Of a stretch of DNA of 36,200 bases, positions 26,138 through 35,412 are shown in pieces. Source of the stretch: Rhodothermales bacterium (GTDB taxonomy: Bacteria > Bacteroidota > Rhodothermia > Rhodothermales > DASSAV01); NCBI GenBank assembly GCA_035699265.1, contig DASSAV010000079.1, forward strand, positions 1 through 36,200, written 5' to 3'. Within the stretch, counting starts at the first letter, position 1, and each line of letters opens with the position of its first letter. The position numbers and the translations under genes were made by a program. A model generated the notes under the pieces. It saw only the letters and a program-made list of their open reading frames with translations. It did no database searches and had not been told where the DNA came from.

Positions 26138-28951
26138 ATGGCGAAAGAGAACCAGAAGTTTAAGAAAGTTAGGCTGTACAACGTTGCGCGGGAGCTAAAC
26201 GTCACCGTCGAGACGGTCACTGATCACCTCAAGAAAGAGGGATTCAAGGCTGCCCTGGCCGGGACAGGTATCAACGCAGCCATCACGGACGAGGATGCCT
26301 ATCTCTCGCTCTTGGAGGCGTTTGCGTCTGATAAGGCGGCGGCGTCTCGGGTGAAGGACAAGCGGGCTGCTCTCCGTGCCGAAGCGGAAGAGACGGACGT
26401 GGAGTTGGAGGAGCCTGTGCTGCAAGAGACGCCTGCCCCGGTACCGCCATCGCTTCGTGAGATGCCGGCTCCGGTCCAGGAGGAGCAGGAACTTGAACTG
26501 CCGCCCGTGGAGGAACGCGTCGAAGCAGTAGCCGAAGTCCCGCCTGTAGTAGAGCCGCTGCCGGAGGAAACCGTTGAGCCGGTCGCAGAGGAGCCTGCCG
26601 AGGAAGCACACCCGGAACCGCACGAGGCCGTGGCCGCCGGTGATAGTGCCGATGTTGATGTCGAATCGGTGCCCAGTGTGCCGGCTGAGCCCGAGCCTGC
26701 CCCCGTCGCTGAAGTAGAGGAAGCCCCCGGCGCGGAAGCAGAGACCGAGGAAGAGGAAGCAGAGCCCGCTGCGGTTGAGGCAACCGGAGACGGCCAGACG
26801 GAAGCGCCGGAGGAAGCGGCCAGCATTCTCACGGCAGATCGGTACAAGCTGGCGGGGACCAAGATCGTCGGCAAAATCGACCTGCACACGGTCGAAGAAT
26901 CAGACGCGAAGAAAAAGCGCAAGCGTAAACGCAAGCGTAAGGACCGTGCAGTAGCGAGTGAGGAGTCTCCGAAAGAGACCACCGCGGATTCCGCGTCTGA
27001 AGCCGCCAAAAAGAAACGGGCCAAGCGCAAACGCGGGCCGGCCGTCGACGAGGCAGCCGTCGAACAATCGCTTCAGGAGACGCTGCGTGAGCTGGAGCAG
27101 GGAGCCAGCCGCATCCGCTCGCGGCGACGCCGCGAGCGGCGCGACCTGCGTGCTGCCGAGCGCCAGCGCGTTCTTGAGAACGAGCAGGCTGAAGAGGGCG
27201 TCCTTCGGATCACCGAATTTGTCTCGACGGGAGAGCTCGCCAATTTGATGGGGGTGCCGGTCACTGACGTCATCAGTACGCTCTTTAAGGCCGGAATGAT
27301 GGTGTCCATCAACCAGCGGCTGGATGCGGACACCATCTCTATCCTTGCAGACGAATATGGATTCGAGGTCGAGTTCATAACCGAATTCGGTACCGAAGAC
27401 ATCCACATCGAAGAGGATAGGCCGGAGGATCTGGTGCCGCGCGCGCCCGTCGTTACCGTAATGGGGCACGTGGACCACGGCAAGACCTCGCTCCTGGACC
27501 ACATTCGCCGCACGAACGTGGTGGCGGGTGAGTCGGGTGGTATCACACAGCACATCGGTGCTTACCACGTTGAACTGCAGGACGGCCGGACGGTAACCTT
27601 CTTGGACACACCCGGTCACGAGGCGTTCACCGCCATGCGTGCGCGCGGTGCCAAGGCTACGGATGTCGTCATTCTGGTCGTGGCGGCGGACGACTCCGTG
27701 ATGCCCCAGACCATTGAGGCGATTAACCACGCCCGCGCCGCCGAAGTGCCGATCGTGGTGGCCATCAATAAGGTCGATAAGCCCGATGCAAACCCCCCGA
27801 AGGTGATGCAGCAGCTTTCCGACCACGGTGTACTGGTGGAGCAGTACGGCGGCAAAACGCAATGTGCCCTCGTATCGGCCAAAACAGGCGAGGGCGTAGA
27901 CGACCTGCTTGAGCGCGTCGTGCTCGAATCGGAGTTGCTCGAACTGAAGGCGAACCCGGACCGCAATGCCGATGGCGTCGTGATTGAGAGCCGGCTTGAT
28001 AAGGGCCGTGGCAACGTCGCGACCGTTCTCGTGCAGAACGGTACGCTGAAAATAGGGGATGTCTTCGTAGCAGGTATCTTTAGCGGGCGCGTGCGCGCGA
28101 TGTTCGATGAGCGCGAGAACCGCATCACCGAGGTGGGCCCGGCTCGCCCGGCGCTCGTGGTCGGTTTTGACGGTGCACCCGAGGTAGGCGATCAGTTCGT
28201 CGTCTTTGACGAGGAACGCCAGGCTCGTGAGATCGCACAGCGCCGCCAGCAAATCCACCGCGAGCAATCGCTTCGCCAGCGGAAGCACATCACGCTGGAC
28301 GAGATCGGCCGCAGGCTGGCCCTCGGGGAGTTCCGAGAGCTCAACCTCATCATCAAGGCGGACGTGGGCGGTTCGGTAGAGGCCCTGTCGGATTCACTCC
28401 TCAAGCTCTCTACCGAAGAGGTTGCTGTGAACATCATTCACAGCGGCGTGGGTGCCATCACCGAGAGCGATGTCATGCTCGCGTCTGCATCTGACGCCGT
28501 AATTCTCGGTTTCCAGGTACGTCCGACGCCCGGTTCACGGCAACTCGCCGAGCGGGAGGAAATCGACATCCGTACCTACTCGGTCATCTACAAGGCCATA
28601 GAAGACGTACATGATGCGCTCGAAGGTCTGCTTGCGCCTGAGGAATCGGAGCGAACACTCGGCACGGCGGAAGTACGCGAGACGTTCCGTGTACCTAAGA
28701 TCGGGACAATCGCTGGCTGCTCCGTCCTCGATGGGCGTATCCATCGGAACGATCGGGTCCGCCTGGTCCGCGACGGTGTCGTGATCTATACGGGCACCAT
28801 CAGTTCGTTGAAGCGCTTCAAGGACGATGTGCGCGAGGTCACGAGCGGCTACGAATGCGGTATGTCTATCGACAACTTCCACGACCTGAAGGTGGGCGAT
28901 CAGATCGAAGCATTCGAGATTGTCGAGACGAAGCGTAAGCTCGAGGTTTGA
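26138..28951 (+). CDS. infB: Translation initiation factor IF-2
   Basis: GTPase G1-G4 motifs (VMGHVDHGKTSLLD, DTPGHEAF, NKVD, SAKTG) and the C-terminal IF2 domains. The N-terminal roughly 330 aa are low-complexity, Pro/Glu/Ala-rich, followed by a KKKRKRKRKRK run. Confidence 0.95.
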   Translation: MAKENQKFKKVRLYNVARELNVTVETVTDHLKKEGFKAALAGTGINAAITDEDAYLSLLEAFASDKAAASRVKDKRAALRAEAEETDVELEEPVLQETPAPVPPSLREMPAPVQEEQELELPPVEERVEAVAEVPPVVEPLPEETVEPVAEEPAEEAHPEPHEAVAAGDSADVDVESVPSVPAEPEPAPVAEVEEAPGAEAETEEEEAEPAAVEATGDGQTEAPEEAASILTADRYKLAGTKIVGKIDLHTVEESDAKKKRKRKRKRKDRAVASEESPKETTADSASEAAKKKRAKRKRGPAVDEAAVEQSLQETLRELEQGASRIRSRRRRERRDLRAAERQRVLENEQAEEGVLRITEFVSTGELANLMGVPVTDVISTLFKAGMMVSINQRLDADTISILADEYGFEVEFITEFGTEDIHIEEDRPEDLVPRAPVVTVMGHVDHGKTSLLDHIRRTNVVAGESGGITQHIGAYHVELQDGRTVTFLDTPGHEAFTAMRARGAKATDVVILVVAADDSVMPQTIEAINHARAAEVPIVVAINKVDKPDANPPKVMQQLSDHGVLVEQYGGKTQCALVSAKTGEGVDDLLERVVLESELLELKANPDRNADGVVIESRLDKGRGNVATVLVQNGTLKIGDVFVAGIFSGRVRAMFDERENRITEVGPARPALVVGFDGAPEVGDQFVVFDEERQAREIAQRRQQIHREQSLRQRKHITLDEIGRRLALGEFRELNLIIKADVGGSVEALSDSLLKLSTEEVAVNIIHSGVGAITESDVMLASASDAVILGFQVRPTPGSRQLAEREEIDIRTYSVIYKAIEDVHDALEGLLAPEESERTLGTAEVRETFRVPKIGTIAGCSVLDGRIHRNDRVRLVRDGVVIYTGTISSLKRFKDDVREVTSGYECGMSIDNFHDLKVGDQIEAFEIVETKRKLEV

Positions 28952-28960
28952 ACGAGGTGA

Positions 28961-28987
28961 GCGAGGACGGTCCGATGCCGTCCTCGC
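28961..28987 (+). other. Intercistronic hairpin between infB and rbfA, with no U tract
   Basis: Perfect 10-bp stem GCGAGGACGG / CCGTCCTCGC with a 7-nt loop, starting 10 nt after the infB stop. Confidence 0.55.
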
Positions 28988-29039
28988 CTATACCGACGGC
29001 CCGGAGCCTGCCCGGTCGCGTCGTTTGCGGAGGACTACG

Positions 29040-29408
29040 ATGAGCATACGGACGGAGCGCGTTGCGAAGCTGCTGCAACGCGAAGTGGCGGACATCTTGC
29101 AAACCGAATTCAGCCAACAGCTTCCGTCGATGATAACGGTCACCGACGCACGGGTGACGAAGGATCTCTCCATCGTTTACGTCTACGTCAGCATCTTCGG
29201 GGAGAATGTGGGCCAGCGCCAGGCCGCGTTCAAGCACCTGGAAGACCTCACACCGCAGATTCGTAGTGCGCTGGCCGGTCGCGTCAGGCACCAGCTTCGC
29301 GCCGTTCCGGAGATCCGGTTCTTTCTGGACGAGACGCTTGAAAAGTCGCGAAAACTCGACGATTTGTTTGATCGCATTCGCGCAGAACGCGAGCGCCGCG
29401 AAGAGTAA
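29040..29408 (+). CDS. rbfA: Ribosome-binding factor A
   Basis: The ATG at 29040 is preceded by GCGGAGG. MSIRTERVAKLLQREVADILQ ... ITVTDARVTKDLSIVYVYVS is the RbfA signature. The track ORF from 28920 overlaps infB and the hairpin. Confidence 0.9.
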   Translation: MSIRTERVAKLLQREVADILQTEFSQQLPSMITVTDARVTKDLSIVYVYVSIFGENVGQRQAAFKHLEDLTPQIRSALAGRVRHQLRAVPEIRFFLDETLEKSRKLDDLFDRIRAERERREE

Positions 29409-29433
29409 CTCGGCTCTCCCACCTGAATGGTCG

Positions 29434-30195
29434 ATGTCTGGAAAGGTGATCCCGCCCGCGGCTGAGCGCATTTGCCGCTACCCTGAACTGCCTTCCACCG
29501 AGGACTGCGTCGTTCTGGTAGACAAGCCGAAAGGCTGGACGTCGTTTGACGTGGTTCGCAAGTTGCGGCGGTTACTCCATGTCAAGAAGATCGGCCACGC
29601 CGGAACGCTGGATCCCATGGCGACAGGACTTCTGATCTGCTTGCTCGGCCGGGCTACCAAGCGAATGGAGCACTTCATGGGGTTGCCCAAGACCTACGAG
29701 GGGGTGCTGCGTCTCGGTGAGGCGACACCTTCATACGACGCGGACTCCGAAGTAGTAGAGCGGAAGGATTGGCGGCACCTCACCAGCCATGACCTGGAAG
29801 CGGCCCGGAAGCAATTCCGCGGCGACCTCGAACAAATTCCACCTATGTTTTCGGCGGTGAAAGTCGGCGGCGAGCGGCTGTACAAGAAAGCGCGCCGGGG
29901 CGAAGAGGTTGAACGCAAACCCCGTCGTATCACCATCTACGATTTCGACCTGCTGGATGTCGCCATGCCCGACGTAACTTTCAGGGTTCGATGTTCGAAG
30001 GGGACGTACGTCCGCAGCCTGGCGCACGATTTTGGTGCCGTTCTGGGCGTAGGCGCCCATTTGACTGCACTGCGGCGGACGGCCATCGGCGAATACGACG
30101 TCGCGGATGCCTGGCGCGTCGAAGCGCTGGAATCGGCTGTGGGGGGGTATTCCGGGACGGATACCGCGCCGGGGCAGGCGGGTGCAAAGGAGTAG
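29434..30195 (+). CDS. truB: tRNA pseudouridine(55) synthase
   Basis: VLVDKPKGWTSFDVVRKLRR ... KKIGHAGTLDPMATGLL (catalytic Asp motif), IPPMFSAVKVGGERLYKKAR. First in-frame ATG at 29434 (MSGKVIPP). Confidence 0.9.
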   Translation: MSGKVIPPAAERICRYPELPSTEDCVVLVDKPKGWTSFDVVRKLRRLLHVKKIGHAGTLDPMATGLLICLLGRATKRMEHFMGLPKTYEGVLRLGEATPSYDADSEVVERKDWRHLTSHDLEAARKQFRGDLEQIPPMFSAVKVGGERLYKKARRGEEVERKPRRITIYDFDLLDVAMPDVTFRVRCSKGTYVRSLAHDFGAVLGVGAHLTALRRTAIGEYDVADAWRVEALESAVGGYSGTDTAPGQAGAKE

Positions 30196-30205
30196 GTCTA
30201 TTTGC

Positions 30206-31147
30206 ATGAAGCGCGAATACGGGCTCGATCAGGTTGAGCGGGATCCCAATTCTGTGGTGACCGTCGGGACGTTTGACGGGATCCACCGCGGACATCAGGC
30301 GATTCTTCAGTACCTCCGGACAAGGGCTGCCGAGCGGCACGGCGCCAGTGTGGTGGTTTCCTTCGATCCCCACCCGCGCGAAATTGTGAAAGGTGAATCC
30401 GTCCTCTTGCTGACCACCATCGACGAACGCGCGGATCTGCTCGAACGGATCGGAATAGATCGCTTTATCGTGGTGCCTTTCACGAAGGACTTCGCCCGTT
30501 TGACGGCTGAAGCATTTGTCAGCGACGTTCTTATTTCTCGAATCGGCCTGAAGGAAATCGTAGTTGGCCACGACCATGGATTCGGCAGGGGGCGAATGGG
30601 GGACCGTGCACTCCTGGAGGTGCTGGGCAGGGAACACGGCTTCACGGTCGATGTCATCCCGTCACAGGTCGTAGAGGAACACGTCGTTTCCTCAACCGAG
30701 ATACGACGCCTCCTGATCGAAGATGGAAATGTCCAGTTGGCGGCGGAGATGCTGGGCCGGAACTACAGCCTCCAGGGCGAAGTCGTGCATGGTGATGGGC
30801 GGGGACGTCTGATCGGCTTTCCGACCGCAAACATTCAGATACTGAATCCTCGAAAGGTGATCCCGAGGAAAGGCGTCTATGCCGTAATAGTGAGCATGCC
30901 GGGGCACGACGATGAACACTACGAGGGCATGCTGAACATTGGAGAGCGCCCGACCTTCAACGGCTCCGGACTTCGGGTGGAAGTCAATCTCCTGGATTAC
31001 ACCGGCGACCTCTATGGGCGTATGCTTCGCATAGAATTCGTCAGATGGATGCGCGACGAGCGCAAGTTTGAATCGGTGGAGGCCCTGATCGAGCAACTTT
31101 CAGAGGATAAGCGGCGTTGCAAGGAAACGCTCGAATCGTTATTTTAA
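30206..31147 (+). CDS. ribF: Bifunctional riboflavin kinase / FMN adenylyltransferase
   Basis: VVTVGTFDGIHRGHQAIL (nucleotidyltransferase motif). C-terminal kinase domain GEVVHGDGRGRLIGFPTANI ... NIGERPTF ... LRIEFVRWMRDERKF. ATG at 30206. Confidence 0.9.
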   Translation: MKREYGLDQVERDPNSVVTVGTFDGIHRGHQAILQYLRTRAAERHGASVVVSFDPHPREIVKGESVLLLTTIDERADLLERIGIDRFIVVPFTKDFARLTAEAFVSDVLISRIGLKEIVVGHDHGFGRGRMGDRALLEVLGREHGFTVDVIPSQVVEEHVVSSTEIRRLLIEDGNVQLAAEMLGRNYSLQGEVVHGDGRGRLIGFPTANIQILNPRKVIPRKGVYAVIVSMPGHDDEHYEGMLNIGERPTFNGSGLRVEVNLLDYTGDLYGRMLRIEFVRWMRDERKFESVEALIEQLSEDKRRCKETLESLF

Positions 31148-31214
31148 CGAACTTTATGTCGGCAGCGGATTGCGGATGGGCCGCAGTTTCCCGGACAGTT
31201 CATCTTCTTTAGCA

Positions 31215-31223
31215 TGGTATAAT
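31215..31223 (+). promoter_or_regulatory. Possible extended -10 promoter element upstream of rpsO
   Basis: TGGTATAAT, consisting of TGn plus a perfect TATAAT at 31218..31223. The -35 is poor (GGACAG/ACAGTT), and it would give a 5' UTR of only about 13 nt, so it may be fortuitous. Confidence 0.3.
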
Positions 31224-31243
31224 CTAAAGAGGAATAGGTTTAC

Positions 31244-31510
31244 ATGATCACCAAAGACGAGAAGCAGGATCTGATCACCTCATACGGTAAGAGCGCCAAA
31301 GATACAGGCGCACCGGAAGTTCAGATTGCCATATTCAGCAAACGTATAAACGAGCTCACCGAGCATCTCAAGCTGCATCCGAAAGACCACTCCACGCGTC
31401 GCGGACTGCTCCAGCTTGTAGGTAAGCGCCGCCGCCTCCTCAACTATTTAATGGACCGGGACATCGAGCGCTACCGCAGCATCATTCAGGAACTAGGAAT
31501 TCGTAAATAA
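31244..31510 (+). CDS. rpsO: 30S ribosomal protein S15
   Basis: 88 aa. [48 protein letters not shown] is canonical S15. Confidence 0.95.
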   Translation: MITKDEKQDLITSYGKSAKDTGAPEVQIAIFSKRINELTEHLKLHPKDHSTRRGLLQLVGKRRRLLNYLMDRDIERYRSIIQELGIRK

Positions 31511-31522
31511 GCGTGCTTGCCT

Positions 31523-31570
31523 GTCAGCGGCATTCCGGGCCTTCCGGAATGCCGCTGACCGTTTCATTGT
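31523..31570 (+). terminator. rpsO terminator / pnp-leader hairpin
   Basis: Perfect 16-bp stem GTCAGCGGCATTCCGG / CCGGAATGCCGCTGAC, 5-nt loop, then CGTTTCATTG (interrupted T tract). It starts 13 nt after the rpsO stop. Confidence 0.7.
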
Positions 31571-31686
31571 CACCACGCATCGGCCGCCGGCCACCCGTCA
31601 ACCCCACCGGCAAGCTTTACGTCCGGCTCTGAAGGGGCGTGGTGTGCGGAGTTGTGAGGCGCAGGCGTAGAAAGAGAAAAACACAG

Positions 31687-33984
31687 ATGAACGCAAAACC
31701 AGAAGGAACAGTACAGGAAATCGAGTTGGCCCCAGGGAAAATCCTTCGCCTGGAGACCGGCCTGCTCGCGAAACAGGCGGGCGGCTCTGTCGTGGCGCAG
31801 CTCGGCGATACGATGGTCCTCTGCACGGCCGTAATCTCACCCGGTGCGCGGGAAGGACAGGACTTCTTCCCGCTCACAGTCGATTACCGCGAGAAATATG
31901 CCGCGGGAGGTAAGATCCCCGGTGGATTCATTAAACGGGAGGGCCGTCCTACCGACAAAGAGGTGCTCTCCTCCCGGCTCATCGACCGGGCCATTCGGCC
32001 GCTCTTTGCCGATGGCTTCTACCATGAAGTGCAGGTGATCGCAACGGTCATCTCAGCAGGCGAGTACAACGCTGACGCGATCGCCGGCGTCGGAGCTTCC
32101 GCCGCACTGGTCCTTGCGGGAGCACCGTTCAGCGGCCCCATGTCCGAGGTCCGGATCGCGCGCGTAAACGGCGAATGGGTGGTCAACCCGCTCCTCACCG
32201 AGATGGACGATAGCGATGTCGACCTCATGGTCGGCGGCACCGAACGCTCCATCGTGATGGTGGAAGGGGAGATGGACGAGATCAGCGAGGAGGAAATGGT
32301 CGAGGCGTTCGAACTGGCGCACGAGGTCATCATAAAGCTCTGCCGCGCACAGAACGAACTCGCTCGGGAGCGCGGCAATATCAAGCCCTTCGAGTATACG
32401 CCGATTCTGCCTCCGGAAAAGTTGGTCGACCGTGTCCGGCAGTTGGTCGGGGACAAGCTGGCCGCACATGTCCGTCAGCCGTACGACAAGCAGACGTTCT
32501 ATGCGGGGATCGATGAGTTGAAGAATGAGGTCGTATCGGCCTTCCTCGGCGCCAACAACCCGGAAACGGGTGAAACCCGGGCGGACGTTTCGCCGGAAGG
32601 CTATACACCCAAGCAGATCAGCGAAGCGTTTTCGTCCGTCGAAAGCCAGGCCATGCGTGAGATGATCCTCTCCGACGGCCGGCGCATCGATGGTCGTGGC
32701 CTGACGGACATTCGCCCCATCTGGATGGAGGTCAGCTACCTTCCGCGCGTACACGGCTCTTCTGTCTTCACGCGCGGAGAGACGCAGGTGCTTGCCTCTG
32801 TTACGCTCGGAACCGGACGTTCCGCACAGGAAATCGATCAGATCTTTGAGAACACCGAAAAACACTTCTATCTGCATTACAGCTTCCCGCCTTTCTCCAC
32901 GGGAGAGGTGAAGTTCCTTCGCGGGGCGGGACGGCGCGAAATCGGACACGGCTTCCTGGCCGAACGTTCGCTCGCTAAGGTGATGCCGGACTTCGACTCT
33001 TTTCCGTACACGGTTCGTGTCACGGGTGAGGTGCTGGAATCCAATGGCTCGTCTTCCATGGCGACGGTGTGCTCCGGTTCGCTCGCACTCATGGATGCCG
33101 GTGTGCCGATCAGGAAACACGTTGCCGGGATGGCGATGGGCTTGATTGCGGAAGGCAACCGGACCGCTGTGCTCAGTGATATTCTCGGCACCGAGGATCA
33201 CTTGGGCGACATGGACTTCAAGGTCACTGGCACGCGAGACGGGATAACGGCCTGTCAGATGGACATCAAGGTCACGAGCCTTCCGCGCGAGGTGCTGCTC
33301 AAGGCGCTCAAACAGGCGAAGGACGGTCGCGAGCACATTCTGGGCCTGATGGAAAGCGCCCTGCCGGAACCCCGCCCCGATCTCTCGCCCTATGCGCCCC
33401 GCCTCACGCAGATCACCATCGATGCAGAGTTCATCGGCGCCGTGATCGGGCCTGGTGGACGTATCATCCAAGGGATCCAGCGTGAGACCGACACGACCAT
33501 CGAGATCGAGGAGAAGGAGGGGAAAGGGTTCGTCCGCATTGCAGCGACGAACGCCGAGAACTCCAACGCTGCCATTGAGCGCATCCGCCAGATCGTGGCC
33601 GTGCCTGAGGTCGGTGAGGAATACGAAGGCACCGTGCGTAACATCCAGCCGTTCGGCGCCATCGTGGAGATCATGCCCGGCAAGGAGGGCCTCGTCCACG
33701 TGTCGGAACTCGATTACGGGTATGTCGACAAAGTGGAGGACTACGTGCAGGTAGGCGACAAGATGAGAGTCCAACTCATCGAAGTCCGTGACGATGGCAA
33801 GCTGCGCCTCAGCCGCAAAGCGCTCCTTCCCAAGCCTGAGGGCTATCAGGAGCAGGGCAACGGACGCCCGCCGAGAGGCGACGGCGATCGCGACCGTAAC
33901 CGTGGTGGGGGTGAGCGGCGCGGTGGCCGTCCTCACGGCGGCGGCGGACGGGGTGGCCGTTCCGGCGGCGGGGAGCGCCGTTGA
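31687..33984 (+). CDS. pnp: Polyribonucleotide nucleotidyltransferase (PNPase) with a C-terminal RGG-rich tail
   Basis: ATG at 31687 (MNAKPEGTVQEIELAPGKILRLETG). Two RNase PH domains, KH (GAVIGPGGRIIQGIQRETDTTI) and S1 (YEGTVRNIQPFGAIVEIMPGKEGLVHVSEL), followed by a 51-aa Arg/Gly tail. Confidence 0.95.
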   Translation: MNAKPEGTVQEIELAPGKILRLETGLLAKQAGGSVVAQLGDTMVLCTAVISPGAREGQDFFPLTVDYREKYAAGGKIPGGFIKREGRPTDKEVLSSRLIDRAIRPLFADGFYHEVQVIATVISAGEYNADAIAGVGASAALVLAGAPFSGPMSEVRIARVNGEWVVNPLLTEMDDSDVDLMVGGTERSIVMVEGEMDEISEEEMVEAFELAHEVIIKLCRAQNELARERGNIKPFEYTPILPPEKLVDRVRQLVGDKLAAHVRQPYDKQTFYAGIDELKNEVVSAFLGANNPETGETRADVSPEGYTPKQISEAFSSVESQAMREMILSDGRRIDGRGLTDIRPIWMEVSYLPRVHGSSVFTRGETQVLASVTLGTGRSAQEIDQIFENTEKHFYLHYSFPPFSTGEVKFLRGAGRREIGHGFLAERSLAKVMPDFDSFPYTVRVTGEVLESNGSSSMATVCSGSLALMDAGVPIRKHVAGMAMGLIAEGNRTAVLSDILGTEDHLGDMDFKVTGTRDGITACQMDIKVTSLPREVLLKALKQAKDGREHILGLMESALPEPRPDLSPYAPRLTQITIDAEFIGAVIGPGGRIIQGIQRETDTTIEIEEKEGKGFVRIAATNAENSNAAIERIRQIVAVPEVGEEYEGTVRNIQPFGAIVEIMPGKEGLVHVSELDYGYVDKVEDYVQVGDKMRVQLIEVRDDGKLRLSRKALLPKPEGYQEQGNGRPPRGDGDRDRNRGGGERRGGRPHGGGGRGGRSGGGERR

Positions 33985-34040
33985 CACCCCCGGACACTGA
34001 AGCCTTCTTGGGCTGCCGTGTTCACCAATACGTCAATCGT

Positions 34041-34080
34041 AAAGGCGGGGGTCGCTTACAGCGGCTCTCGCCTTTCGTTT
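34041..34080 (+). terminator. Probable pnp terminator
   Basis: 15-bp stem AAAGGCGGGGGTCGC / GCGGCTCTCGCCTTT (three G-U pairs), loop TTACA, followed by CGTTT. Confidence 0.55.
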
Positions 34081-34098
34081 ACTGGATAGAGGATTTGA

Positions 34099-35358
34099 AT
34101 GGGCACAAAGACAACAGACCAGGAGATCCCGGCGTTTTCTAAGACGACCCTGAATAACGGGGTCCGGGTGCTCACGGAGACGATCCCGTCGGTGCGTTCG
34201 ATTTCCGTCGGGGCATGGATTTACACCGGCAGCCGAGACGAGCGAGAGGAAGAGAGCGGGATCAGCCACTTCATCGAGCACATGGTCTTTAAGGGCACGA
34301 AGAAGCGCCGGATGCATCACATCGCGCAGCGCCTCGAATCCGTCGGTGGGTATCTCAACGCGTTTACCACGAAGGAGTACACGTGCTACTATGCCCGCGC
34401 ACTGGACGAGCACCTGGAACGCTCCATTGACCTCGTATGCGATCTGGTGCTGCACCCCGAGTTCCCCCCCAAGGAGCTCGAAAAGGAGAAGGATGTCGTC
34501 TTGGAAGAGATGAAAATGTATGAGGACACGCCGGACGAATATGTTTTCGATTGCTTCGAAGAGGTATTGTTTAAGGACCACCCGCTCGGCAGGCCGATCA
34601 TTGGCTTTCCTGAGACGGTCACTGCATTCACGCGTGACCAGCTTCAGTCCTACGTGGACCAGCACTACACCCCCGACCGGATCATCCTGGCCGTCGCCGG
34701 CAACGCGGCACACGAGGACGTCGTACGGATTGCCGAGAAGGTGTTTGCCAGTTCCGAACGCAGGGCGCAGGGCCGTCAGCATGTACCGGTGAACGGCTAC
34801 GGGCCGGAGCAGCTCGTCGTCAGAAAGCCGATCCAGCAGGCGCACCTCGTCCTCGGAACACGGGGCTTCTCCATCCGGAATCCGAAGCGAACCGCCCTTA
34901 CGGTACTCAACACACTACTCGGCGGCGGAATGTCGAGCCGGCTCAACCAGAACATCCGGGAACGGTACGGCTTCTGCTATAGCATCTACTCGTTTGTGAA
35001 CATGCACTCCGATACGGGTGACTTCGGCGTCTACATGGGCACGGACGCAGGCCGCATCGAGCGCTCAAAGAAGCTCATCTTCCGAGAGCTTGAAAGGCTG
35101 GCCAACGAACCCGTGAGCGACCGGACGCTGACGCTGGCGAAGAATCAGGTCAAAGGTTCGCTTATGCTGGGCCTGGAGAACATGAGCAACCGCATGATGA
35201 GAATTGGGCGCCAGGAACTATATTTCGAGCGGTGCTTCACGCTCGACGAAATCGTTCAGGATGTAAATTCCGTTACAATCGAGGACGTCCGGACGATTGC
35301 GCAAGAGTTGTTCAACCCCGATCGGTTCTCCGCAGCGGTCCTCCTGCCCGAGGCCTAA
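34099..35358 (+). CDS. M16-family (pitrilysin-like) zinc metallopeptidase
   Basis: Inverted zinc motif HFIEHMVFKGT (HxxEH), a downstream Glu region (LEEMKMYEDTPDE), and the M16 C-terminal half. The ATG at 34099 is preceded by GAGGA. Confidence 0.88.
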   Translation: MGTKTTDQEIPAFSKTTLNNGVRVLTETIPSVRSISVGAWIYTGSRDEREEESGISHFIEHMVFKGTKKRRMHHIAQRLESVGGYLNAFTTKEYTCYYARALDEHLERSIDLVCDLVLHPEFPPKELEKEKDVVLEEMKMYEDTPDEYVFDCFEEVLFKDHPLGRPIIGFPETVTAFTRDQLQSYVDQHYTPDRIILAVAGNAAHEDVVRIAEKVFASSERRAQGRQHVPVNGYGPEQLVVRKPIQQAHLVLGTRGFSIRNPKRTALTVLNTLLGGGMSSRLNQNIRERYGFCYSIYSFVNMHSDTGDFGVYMGTDAGRIERSKKLIFRELERLANEPVSDRTLTLAKNQVKGSLMLGLENMSNRMMRIGRQELYFERCFTLDEIVQDVNSVTIEDVRTIAQELFNPDRFSAAVLLPEA

Positions 35359-35412
35359 GTCCCACACGCTCAACCCGTAAACTCCAGAACACTTCAACAC
35401 TTGAACGCTTCC

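Noticed and set aside
26195-28288. Several long minus-strand ORFs (230, 166, 243 and 462 aa) opposite infB
   Set aside because: They arise from the low-complexity, GC-rich infB sequence. The proteins are Arg/Ser/Gly/Leu repeats without motifs.
32053-33987. 644-aa minus-strand ORF
   Set aside because: It is antisense to pnp and is a shadow ORF.
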